The notes under the pieces are model-generated. The model saw only the letters and a program-made list of their open reading frames with translations. It was not told where the DNA came from and did not search any database. Source: an uncultured delta proteobacterium (GTDB lineage Bacteria > Myxococcota_A > Polyangia > Palsa-1104). Taken from it: a stretch of DNA of 64,000 bases. Positions 1-10,676 of the stretch are shown piece by piece (position 1 is the stretch's first letter; the number at the start of each line of letters is the position of its first letter). The stretch covers positions 256,001 to 320,000 of the forward strand of contig CAWAWS010000039.1 of assembly GCA_963785725.1 (NCBI GenBank), read 5' to 3'. The position numbers and the translations under genes were made by a program.

Positions 1-357
1 GAGCGGCTGCGTGAGCGGCTGGCGGCGGCGCCGCTGTTCGCGCCTGGCTTTCACGTGCCGCCCGATTCGGCGCGCGAGCTGGGCACGTTGCGGCAGGCGA
101 TTCGTGAGCGGCGCAAATTGGTGATCGAGTACGTCGATCGAACGGCGACGGAGTCGAACCGGCTGATTCGTCCGCTCGGCCTCTTCTTCTGGGGCACGAC
201 CTGGACGGTGGCGGCGTGGTGCGAGCTGCGTGACGACTTTCGCGCCTTTCGTCTCGATCGCGTGCAGCGGCTGTGGGTCACCGACGACACGTTCGGCGAC
301 GAGCGACCGCGCACGCTGCAGGACTTCTTCGTGAACCTGAAGCAGCGCCGAAGCTGA
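1..357 (+). CDS. YafY-family WYL-domain transcriptional regulator, C-terminal part (5' truncated by window)
   Basis: WYL-type motifs RLIRPLGLFFWG..WTVAAWCELRDDFRAFRLDRV; frame open to window start. Confidence 0.85.
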   Translation, partial: ERLRERLAAAPLFAPGFHVPPDSARELGTLRQAIRERRKLVIEYVDRTATESNRLIRPLGLFFWGTTWTVAAWCELRDDFRAFRLDRVQRLWVTDDTFGDERPRTLQDFFVNLKQRRS

Positions 358-517
358 CGTCGGGCTCCTGACGACGAGCGCGTTTCGCGGCCGCGAGCGT
401 TGTAGCTGAACGACCGATTGTGACGACGAGGGCGCGTGACGACTCGCGCCCGGCATGAGCCGTCGGCGCGGTCGAAGTGGAATGGAGGAGGGTGTGATGC
501 GAACGAAAGCGCGCGGC

Positions 518-2482
<1,965 letters not shown>

Positions 2483-2580
2483 GTCAGTCGATCCTCACAC
2501 GAAGGGCTAATTAACTGACACTTTTACTCGGTAAAAGCGTGGGTTGTCAATGAATCGGCCAGTCTTTAGGCTGTCGAGCA

Positions 2581-3483
2581 ATGGGCACAGCTGAGCATTC
2601 TCGCGCGGCGTTGACGACGACGTTCGCACACGCTAGCGCAGCGCCGCTGGGCCCGAGCGCGATCCTCGACATCGTGGAGCGCGCGCAAGCGCACGGGTTG
2701 GTCTTCGATTCCGGCCTGTCGCGCGACGTGATCGACGAGCTGTCGCTCGAGCTCGAGCGACGCGGCGGCAATCATCCGGTCGTGGCGCTCGAGTCGCCGT
2801 GTCCGCGTGTCGCGCACGGAAACGGTCGCGAGCCCGAGCTGTGCGCGCACGATCGCGACGAGGCACAAGCGGCGTTGTCGGCGGCGGAAGCGACGGTGCA
2901 TCGCGCGAGCGAGCTGCGCGCGCCGTTCGTGATCGTGCGGCTCGGCTCGGTGCGGCCGGTGGCGAGCGATTGGGCGGGCGCGCGCGACCGTTTCTTGCGC
3001 GGCGAGCTCGACTACGAGCGGGCGCGGCGGCTCATGCAGACGCGCGACGCGGCGGCCGAGCGTTCCGTCGACGGCGCCATGCGCGCGCTCGATCGGCTGG
3101 CGCGGCGGGCCGAGCGCACGGGCGTGACGCTGCTCGTGCGCAACGGGCGGCGCTATCACGACGTGCCGTCGGCGCGCGAGCTCGACGTCTTGCGCGCCGA
3201 GCTGCGCGGGGCGCCGATCGCGCCGCTGCTCGACGTGCCGGCGGCGCACCTCGTCGACGTCATGGGCTTCGCGCCGCTGGCGTTGACGCTGGCCGCGTTC
3301 GCCCCGGCGCCGCTGTGCTACTTCGGCGACGCCTGCGGCGCCGTGGGCGCGTTGGCGCCGGGCCGCGGCGTCGTCGACCTGAAGGCCGTGCGCGCCGCGC
3401 TCGGCGACGGCGCGCGCGTCGCGTTCAGCCCGTGGGCCGGCCTCTCGGTCGACGAAATCATCGAAGCCGTCCCGCAGATTTGA
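2581..3483 (+). CDS. Xylose-isomerase/AP-endonuclease-like TIM barrel protein (degenerate)
   Basis: 300 aa ORF resembling sugar-phosphate isomerase/epimerase TIM barrel (L.PGRGVVDL near C-terminus). Confidence 0.55.
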   Translation: MGTAEHSRAALTTTFAHASAAPLGPSAILDIVERAQAHGLVFDSGLSRDVIDELSLELERRGGNHPVVALESPCPRVAHGNGREPELCAHDRDEAQAALSAAEATVHRASELRAPFVIVRLGSVRPVASDWAGARDRFLRGELDYERARRLMQTRDAAAERSVDGAMRALDRLARRAERTGVTLLVRNGRRYHDVPSARELDVLRAELRGAPIAPLLDVPAAHLVDVMGFAPLALTLAAFAPAPLCYFGDACGAVGALAPGRGVVDLKAVRAALGDGARVAFSPWAGLSVDEIIEAVPQI

Positions 3484-3651
3484 CGACCACCCGTTCCCGG
3501 CGACGCAACGAAGCGCGAACGGCCCGCCATGAGGCAGGCGAGGCCGTGCGCGAGATGGAAGCGCAGTGGCTGATTATGACGCCGTGAGCGCCGAGACCGC
3601 CCTCCGAGCGCACGTCGCGAGCGAAAAGCGGGCTCGCCCGAGCTGGTACCG

Positions 3652-3912
3652 CGTGAGCGAAGCCGGGCGTGAGCGAAGCCGGGCGTAGCGAAGCCGGGCG
3701 TAGCGAAGCGGGCGTAGCGAAGCGGGGCGTGAGCGAAGCGGGGCGTAGCGAAGCGGGGCGTAGCGAAGCGGGGCGTAGCGAAGTGGGGCGTGAGCGAAGC
3801 GGGGCGTGGGCGAAGCCGGGCATGGGCGAAGCCGGGCGTGGGCGAAGCCGTATGAGCGAAGGCGAACGTGAGCGAAGCCGACGTGAGCGAAGCCGACGTG
3901 AGCGAAGCCGAG
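3652..3912. repeat. Minisatellite of 15-16 bp units (GTGAGCGAAGCCGGGC / GTAGCGAAGCGGGGC), about 16 copies
   Basis: Tandem units directly visible between convergent genes. Confidence 0.9.
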
Positions 3913-4145
3913 ATCCGCGCCCGGCACTCTTGTGCGAGCGAAGCCGAGGACCGGCGGCACACGTGGTCAGCGAGCTGAACGAAGCCGAGACCGCGCCAGC
4001 CAAGATGCGCGCCAGGCGCGCGCGAGCGGATCCCAGATCTCACCAGGTGCCCGCCCTGAACGGCCGAACCCGTCCGCACCGGCTAGTTCGCCCGCCAAAC
4101 GCCAGCTCGAATCTAACGCGCCGAGCTGCCGGCGCGCGGCGCCTG

Positions 4146-5933
4146 CTACGGCACTGCGATCGCGTTACGCGAGCAGACGTACTTCAGGAACGACCGCTCC
4201 TGCGGCCCCAGCTTGTTCCACGCCTGCGTCGCGCCCGCCCGGTCCTTCAGGAAGCAGCTCGCCGCGCCAATGATCCGCCACGCCCGCATCGGCTGCGCCT
4301 TCGCCGCCTTCTTCGCCGTCTCGATCGCGTTCGCATACTGCCCGTGCACGTACGCGTCCTGCGCATCCTGCAGCAGCTTCTCGGCCGCCGGGTTCGGCGC
4401 GTTGCTGTCGCCGCTCGACTCGTCCGGCGCCGGCTTCTCGTGCGTCTTCGGCGTCGCCGCTGCCGCCGCCGGGCCCTTCGGCTTCGTCGGCGTCTGCGTC
4501 GGCTTCGTCGCGGGATGCGGCGCCGCCCCGCAGCTCTTCAAGATCTCCTGCGCCTCGACATTGCCTTCGTCGACGGTCAGCGCGGCCTCGACATGCTGCC
4601 GCGCCTCTTCACACTTGCCGCCGCCCTTGGCCTTGCGAGCCGCGTCGAGGTGCGCGCGCAAATACATCTTCTTGACCTGCGCGTAACGCTCGGCACCCTT
4701 CTGCCGATAGACGCTGTCCTCGGCCACTTCGCCGTAGCTGGCGACGGCCGAGTCGTAATCGGGCGGGTTGTCGTCCGCCGCCTTCATGAAGTTGCCGTAG
4801 GCCGTGCGATTCTTGCGCTCGGCCTCGGCCCGCTGCCGCTTGTCGCGCGCCAATTCCTGCGCCGGATCGAGCTTGAGCGCGTCGTCGCACTTGCCGATCG
4901 CGGTCTCCCAATCCTCACTCTTCATCGCCTTGTCGGCTTCGAGCAGCAGCCGCGCCACGGCGCCTTCGGTGTCGCCGCTCGGCTTGACGACGTCGCCCGA
5001 GCCCATCGCGCCGCCGCCCTTTTGCGACAGCTTGATGAGCACGAACGCGCCGCCGGCCAACGCCACGACGACCAGCGCCAACACCGCGAACAATCCTGCG
5101 CGCGACTTGCGTCCGCCCGACACGTCGACGACTTGCGCGTCGCGATCGAACAAGAAGTCTTCGCCCGGCGCCACGAACCGCAGGCGCACGTGGCCGAGAT
5201 CGACATGGTCGCCCTTGCGCAGCTCGACCTTGCCGTACTCTTCGCCGTTGACCCGCACGCCGTTGGCCGACTGCAGATCGACGATGTGATAATGACCGCC
5301 CTCGCGCACGACCTTGGCGTGATGGCGCGAGATCGAGCGGTGGTTCACGACGACGTCATTCTCGTCGGTGCGCCCGATGACGACCGCCGCCTTGTCGAGC
5401 ACGAACTCCTGCCCGGCGAAGTTCGACGACACCACTACGAGCCGCGCCGGCGCTTCCTGCTGCCCCGAGACCGGCGTCGCCGTGTTGATCGGCGTCTGCA
5501 CCGTCGGCGCCATGTCGAGCACGGCCGAAGGCGCCGCGTTGTCCTTCATGAACGGCGTCGTCTTGCCGTCGCCCGCGTCGCTGACCGGCGCGCCCGGCGA
5601 CGTCGTCGCCGACGCCGCCTGCGCCGCGCCCGCGTTCTGCGTCTTGTCGAGCTTGAGCGCGAGCTGGTAGTCGCCGATCTGAATGCGATCGCCCTCGTTG
5701 ACCGGCGCGCGTCCGGCGATGCGATCGCCGTTCACCTTGATGCCGTTGTACGAGGTGAGGTCTTCGATGAAGACGCTGCCGTTTTGTTTCAGCAGCTTGG
5801 CATGTCGCCGCGACACGTTCCGCTCGGTCAAGCGGATGGTGTTGCCCTCTTTACGACCGATCGTGATCTCGTCGCGAATGAGCGGGACGACGGTCGTCTT
5901 ACCTTCGTCGTCCTCTATGATGAGCTTATACAT
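4146..5933 (-). CDS. Double FHA-domain membrane protein with periplasmic TPR region
   Basis: Two FHA motifs (IGRKEGN..VSRRHA..SYNG; IGRTDEN..ISRHHA..SANG), TM helix, TPR-like helices. Confidence 0.9.
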   Translation of the reverse strand: MYKLIIEDDEGKTTVVPLIRDEITIGRKEGNTIRLTERNVSRRHAKLLKQNGSVFIEDLTSYNGIKVNGDRIAGRAPVNEGDRIQIGDYQLALKLDKTQNAGAAQAASATTSPGAPVSDAGDGKTTPFMKDNAAPSAVLDMAPTVQTPINTATPVSGQQEAPARLVVVSSNFAGQEFVLDKAAVVIGRTDENDVVVNHRSISRHHAKVVREGGHYHIVDLQSANGVRVNGEEYGKVELRKGDHVDLGHVRLRFVAPGEDFLFDRDAQVVDVSGGRKSRAGLFAVLALVVVALAGGAFVLIKLSQKGGGAMGSGDVVKPSGDTEGAVARLLLEADKAMKSEDWETAIGKCDDALKLDPAQELARDKRQRAEAERKNRTAYGNFMKAADDNPPDYDSAVASYGEVAEDSVYRQKGAERYAQVKKMYLRAHLDAARKAKGGGKCEEARQHVEAALTVDEGNVEAQEILKSCGAAPHPATKPTQTPTKPKGPAAAAATPKTHEKPAPDESSGDSNAPNPAAEKLLQDAQDAYVHGQYANAIETAKKAAKAQPMRAWRIIGAASCFLKDRAGATQAWNKLGPQERSFLKYVCSRNAIAVP

Positions 5934-6160
5934 GCTCTTTCGCGACGGTCAGGGCTACAAAACGGCGTAAGCCAGTTTATTGGGTCGCCAATCGAGGGTC
6001 AAGAGATAGAACATCGACTCGGCCACTCCAACGCATCAGTCAACTCGTCCGACAACGACAACAGCAGCAGGACACAGTACCCCAGCTGCGCGACTCGCAC
6101 CACCGAGCCGCGTTGCCACCATTTCAAGTTGTGGGGGAACGGTCAAGTGCCGTTGCGACG

Positions 6161-7579
6161 CTACTGACGCGTGGCTGCGCTTTTCGCTTCCAGCTGCTGC
6201 GTCGAGGTGCCCAATCCGGCCGGTCGCGCGAAGATGTTCCATGCCTTCAGCTGATCGTACGCCGTCTTCAGCTGAAAGTCGTCGCCGATCGTAACGTAGG
6301 GCGACTGGGCGCTCCCTTTTTTGCCCGCCATGATCGTCAGGGCCGCCGGCGCCGCGTCCTGCAGGTTCTTGAGGTGCCCTTGCAGGTCGCGCTCTTTTTG
6401 CTGCGGCTCGTCACCATGCTGCGGCTTCAGATCCGCCAGCTTCACCTGGTCGACGACGATGTCGGGCGTGATGCCGTGCTCCTGAATCGACCGCCCCGAC
6501 GGCGTGTAGTAGCGCGCGATGGTCAGCTTGAGCGCCGAGCCGTCGTCGAGCTCGATGACCGTCTGCACCGAGCCTTTGCCGAACGTCTGCGTGCCCATGA
6601 TCGCCGCCCGCTGATGGTCCTGCAGCGCGCCGGCCACGATCTCCGACGCCGAAGCCGACCCGCCGTTGACCAAAATGACCATCGGGAAGCCGAGCCGCGT
6701 GCCGCGCGAATGGGCCTTTTCCTCGTCGATGATGCGCCCGCCCTTGCCCTCGGTGCGCACGATCAAGCCCTGGTCGATGAACTCGTCGGCGATGCGCACC
6801 GCCTGATCGAGCAGACCGCCCGGGTTGTTGCGCAGGTCGAGCACGAGCCCATGTAGGTGTCCGCCCGGCGACTCCTTCTCGAGCCGATCGAGCGCCGACT
6901 CCATGTCGCGATCCGAGTTCTCGCTGAACTGCTTGAGCTTGACGTAGCCGTAACCCGGCTCCAGCGACCGCGCCGACACGTTGTCGACCTTGATGATTTC
7001 GCGCATCAAATTATAGACGCGCGGCTCCTTCCAGCCCTTCGGTCCGGGCCGCACGACGCTCAGCGACACGGGCGATCCCTTCTTGCCGCGCATCTTCTGG
7101 ACGGCGTCGTCCATCCGCATCGCATGTACGGGCGTGTCGTCGATCTTCACGATCTGGTCGCCCGTCGTCAGCCCAGCTTTGGCCGCCGGCGTGCCTTCCA
7201 TCGCCGACATGACCGTGAGCGCGTTGTCGTGCGCCGAATCCACCGCCGGCCGCATTTCGACCTCGATGCCGACGCCGCCGAACACACCCGCGGTGTCGCT
7301 CTTCATCTCCTTATATTGATCCGGCTTCAAGAAGGAGGTGTGCGGATCGAGCGTCTCCAGCATGCCGCGAATGGCGCCGTAGATGAGCTCGTCCTGATCG
7401 ACATTCTCGACGTAGTTGTTCTCTACGTACGAGAGCACGTGCGTGAAAATGTTCAGCTTGTGGTAAGGGCTGAACTTCTTGGGGAGCGCCATCGCTCCGC
7501 CACCGACGACGGCGATACCGAAGAAGGTGGAAACGACCGAGACGACGATGACGAAGGCGGTGGAGCGCGGCCGGCGCAT
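6161..7579 (-). CDS. ctpA: S41 family carboxy-terminal processing protease
   Basis: LDPHT, PDZ domain, LDLRNNPGG, SASASEIVAGALQD, TFGKGSVQ motifs; start at MRRPRS chosen. Confidence 0.93.
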   Translation of the reverse strand: MRRPRSTAFVIVVSVVSTFFGIAVVGGGAMALPKKFSPYHKLNIFTHVLSYVENNYVENVDQDELIYGAIRGMLETLDPHTSFLKPDQYKEMKSDTAGVFGGVGIEVEMRPAVDSAHDNALTVMSAMEGTPAAKAGLTTGDQIVKIDDTPVHAMRMDDAVQKMRGKKGSPVSLSVVRPGPKGWKEPRVYNLMREIIKVDNVSARSLEPGYGYVKLKQFSENSDRDMESALDRLEKESPGGHLHGLVLDLRNNPGGLLDQAVRIADEFIDQGLIVRTEGKGGRIIDEEKAHSRGTRLGFPMVILVNGGSASASEIVAGALQDHQRAAIMGTQTFGKGSVQTVIELDDGSALKLTIARYYTPSGRSIQEHGITPDIVVDQVKLADLKPQHGDEPQQKERDLQGHLKNLQDAAPAALTIMAGKKGSAQSPYVTIGDDFQLKTAYDQLKAWNIFARPAGLGTSTQQLEAKSAATRQ

Positions 7580-7791
7580 GAGTCCTCCTGCATATGGTTT
7601 GCGCATGTCGCGGACCCTCGATGTTAACCCGTAGGCGCGCGCCCGGCAATGACGACATTCGCGCGTTTGCCGCGCGTCGATCGTCGCCGAGCGGGCGCGG
7701 GCGGCGCAGTTTCCCGTCGCTGCGGTCGTCGTTGCGCCGGCGGCCCGGCGCATGTGGTGACGCGTGCCGCTGCCACTTACAGTCGGTCGCG

Positions 7792-8631
7792 CTAACGAGT
7801 GCTGCGCGCGAGCCAGCGCGTCGGATCGATCGGCGTCGCCTGTTGCGCCAGCTCGAAGTAGACGTTGCCTTTGCCCGCGAGCGCGATGACGTCGCCGTCG
7901 CCGACCTCGTCACCGACGGCGCAGCGCAGCTCGCCCAGCTCGGCGGTGACCGTGACGTAGCCGCCGCCATGATCGATGGCGACGCCGCGGCCGAGACCGG
8001 GCACCTCGCCGACGAAGCGCACGCGGCCGGACGCGATAGCGCGCACGAGCTCGCCGGCGTGGCTGCGCATTTCGACGCCGCGCCGCGCCAGCATGAGGCC
8101 GGTTTGCGGATCTTTGTGCGGCCCGAAGCCGGCGACGATCGGCCCCATGACCGGCCGTGGCAGCTGCCCTTGCCGTCGCTGCAAGCTGCTCGGCTCGGCT
8201 ACTTCGGCCAGCGCCACCTGCGCGCCGAAGTCGAGCGCGCGCGCCAACGCCTCTTTGCGCCGCGCCTGCTCGACGTCGAGATCGCGCTCTTCGGCGCGCA
8301 CGGCGGCCAATTCGGCCAAGTCGCGCGCGACGACCCGACCGGCCGCGGCGCGCCGCGCGTCGAGCTGCTCGACGGTGTCGGCGCCGACGACGAGCCGCAC
8401 GTAACCGCCGTTGGCCAGCTTGTACAGCGCGCGCAGCCGCTGCTTCAGCCGCTGGCGACGATCGGCCTGCTGATCTTGCAACGCGCGCTCACGCCGCTCG
8501 AGATCGTGCACCTCGGCTTCGGCGTTGCCGCGATCGGCGTCGACGGCTTCGGGCGGACGACCGCCAAAAGCGGAAGAGGCCGCCGCGCTCGCGACGCCAA
8601 AAAGCAGCAGCGACGACCAAAAGCGCGTCAC
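7792..8631 (-). CDS. envC: EnvC-like M23 peptidase-domain murein hydrolase activator
   Basis: Signal peptide, coiled coil, degenerate M23 domain (VYFEL..PIDP..WL); follows ftsX, GTG start overlaps ftsX stop. Confidence 0.75.
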   Translation of the reverse strand: MTRFWSSLLLFGVASAAASSAFGGRPPEAVDADRGNAEAEVHDLERRERALQDQQADRRQRLKQRLRALYKLANGGYVRLVVGADTVEQLDARRAAAGRVVARDLAELAAVRAEERDLDVEQARRKEALARALDFGAQVALAEVAEPSSLQRRQGQLPRPVMGPIVAGFGPHKDPQTGLMLARRGVEMRSHAGELVRAIASGRVRFVGEVPGLGRGVAIDHGGGYVTVTAELGELRCAVGDEVGDGDVIALAGKGNVYFELAQQATPIDPTRWLARSTR

Positions 8632-9545
8632 ACCTTCACGTAACGGCCGAGCGCCAGGGCCGAGCCGCACAGGCCGAGCAGCGTGCCGGCGGCGATGGCG
8701 ATCGCCAGCTGCGCCGGCGTGAAGAAGCCGAGCGGGCCGGCCGCCAGCCAGCCGCCGAGCACGGCTTCGACGCGCGGTGCCGCCAGCCGAAACAGGCCGT
8801 ACAACAGTCCGACGGCGAGCGACGTTCCGAGCGCGCCTTGCAAGCCGCCCTCGACGAGAAACGGCGTCTTGACGAAGCGATCGGTGGCGCCGACGAGCTT
8901 CCAGATCTCGATCTCGTCGCGGCGCGCGAACACGCCCAGGCGAATCGTCGAGCCGACGATGTAGAGACAGGCGCACAAGACCAGCGCCGCGACCGCCCAG
9001 CCGGCGCCGTCGAGCAAGCGTTCGAGCGCGTGCAGCCGGCCGGCCCAATCGCCCATCAGCTCCACTTCCTCGACGCCGCTCGTATGCTGCAGCCGCTCGA
9101 ACGCCGGATGCGCGCGCAAGATCTCGGCCACGCCCGGCTTGAGCGCGACCTCGATCGACGCCGGCAAGAAGTCCTCTTCGACGCCGTCGAGCAGATCGGC
9201 GCGCGCGCCCAGCCCGCGACGCAGGCGCTCCCAGGCCGTGTGGCCGTCGATCATGCGCACGCCGCGCACGCCCGGCAGCCGCGCGATGGCGTTCGCGATC
9301 TTCTCCGCCCGCGCCGTCGTCACGCCGTCTTCGAGATAGACCGTCATCTGCACGTCCGCCGACCAGCCGTTCGACAGCCGCCGCACGTTCACCGCCGTCA
9401 GCTGCACGACGCCGACGAGCAACAGCGACAGCGCGATGCAGCCGACCGCGGTCAGCTGAATGAGCGGATTGCGCCGCGCGCCATCCAACGCTCGCCGGAC
9501 GCTACGCGCGAACCACACGGACCACCCCCGTCTCGTCGTCGCCAC
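8628..9545 (-). CDS. ftsX: Cell division permease FtsX
   Basis: 4 TM helices, RRDEIEIWKLVGATDRFVKTPFLVEG motif; adjacent to ftsE. Confidence 0.92.
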   Translation of the reverse strand: MATTRRGWSVWFARSVRRALDGARRNPLIQLTAVGCIALSLLLVGVVQLTAVNVRRLSNGWSADVQMTVYLEDGVTTARAEKIANAIARLPGVRGVRMIDGHTAWERLRRGLGARADLLDGVEEDFLPASIEVALKPGVAEILRAHPAFERLQHTSGVEEVELMGDWAGRLHALERLLDGAGWAVAALVLCACLYIVGSTIRLGVFARRDEIEIWKLVGATDRFVKTPFLVEGGLQGALGTSLAVGLLYGLFRLAAPRVEAVLGGWLAAGPLGFFTPAQLAIAIAAGTLLGLCGSALALGRYVKV

Positions 9546-10263
9546 GGCCGGCGAAGCCTTCGGTCTCGTCGTCGTGCCGCGCCGGACGCGCCGGCGGCAA
9601 GTCGACGTCGAGCAGCTCGCCTTCGACGAGGCGTACGACGCGCCAGCCGCGCATGACGCCGAAGTCGACGACGGCCGGATCGTGCGTCGCCATCAATAAC
9701 GTCGTGCCGCGCTGATGAATCGTCTCCAGCAGCACCAACAAGTCGCGCGAGCGCTCCGGGTCCAAATTTCCCGTGGGCTCGTCGGCCAGCACGATCGCCG
9801 GCTCTCCGACGATGGCGCGCGCGACGGCCACGCGCTGCTGCTCGCCGCCGGCCAGCGTCGCCGCGCGCGCGTCGAGCTTGTGCCCGAGCCCGACGGCCTC
9901 GAGCGCGACCGCGGCGCGCAGCCGCACCTCCCGCTTCGGCAGCTCCAGCGCCTCCAGCGGCATGGCCACGTTCTGCAGCGCCGAGCGATCGCCCAGCAGC
10001 TTAAAATCCTGAAAGACAACGCCAATATTGCGACGGACGTAGGGGATCGAGGCGTTGCTCAGGCGCGCCAAGCTGCGCCCGGCGACGAGGAGCTCGCCGC
10101 GATCGGGCCGCTCGGCCGCAAATACGAGCCGCAGCAGGGTCGACTTGCCCGCACCCGACGGGCCGGTCAACAGCACCGCGTCGCCGTCCGACACGGTGAG
10201 CGAGACGCCGCGCAGGGCCGGGCTGCCCGCGTACGACTTCCAGACGCCGTCGAGTTGGATCAT
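9502..10263 (-). CDS. ftsE: Cell division ATP-binding protein FtsE
   Basis: Walker A GPSGAGKST, IGVVFQDFKLL, ADEPTGNLD. Confidence 0.93.
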   Translation of the reverse strand: MIQLDGVWKSYAGSPALRGVSLTVSDGDAVLLTGPSGAGKSTLLRLVFAAERPDRGELLVAGRSLARLSNASIPYVRRNIGVVFQDFKLLGDRSALQNVAMPLEALELPKREVRLRAAVALEAVGLGHKLDARAATLAGGEQQRVAVARAIVGEPAIVLADEPTGNLDPERSRDLLVLLETIHQRGTTLLMATHDPAVVDFGVMRGWRVVRLVEGELLDVDLPPARPARHDDETEGFAGRGDDETGVVRVVRA

Positions 10264-10676
10264 CCCTAAAGACGGCTATCACGGCCTACGCACAGGTCGC
10301 AAATTTCGCTACCCGTTTTGTTTTAAACGGTTACGTAGTCTTACTAGTTTGTTATTGCAATGTATGGCAGTTGCGATATAGTTATCTCGTCGAGTTGTTG
10401 CCTCTTCACACTTGGGGGCGGTCGTGAATCCGCTGATTTTGCTGGGAAGACACACGCGCGATTCACAACCAGACACAATTAGATCACAGATCTATCCACA
10501 GCTAAGTCATCGATTTGTTTTGTTTTTCGCATTGACTCAAACAGCCGTCGGCAGTAGTTTCCACGGCACAGCGACATCCTGAAGGGTTCCAGCAACGGCC
10601 TAGGGCGAAGGTGCCCTTGGCCGCGGAGCTCTTTTTGCCGAAAAGGCGCGTTTTGCCGAAAGGCGCGGAGGGGCAC
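10264..10676. promoter_or_regulatory. AT-rich divergent promoter region between ftsE and nrdJ
   Basis: Markedly AT-rich; inverted repeat TAGATC-ACA-GATCTA at 10480-10494 overlapping CTATCCACA (8/9 DnaA box); RBS GGAGGGG before 10677. Confidence 0.55.

Noticed and set aside
1..357. WYL protein as marker of an anti-phage defence island
   Set aside because: YafY-type sequence with housekeeping neighbours; no defence genes recognised in the window
10410..10460. Cobalamin riboswitch upstream of nrdJ
   Set aside because: Only a CTGGGAAG fragment matches; no B12-box or other conserved core elements recognised
10264..10676. Replication origin or NrdR boxes
   Set aside because: Only one near-consensus DnaA box, no dnaA/gidA context and no convincing NrdR box
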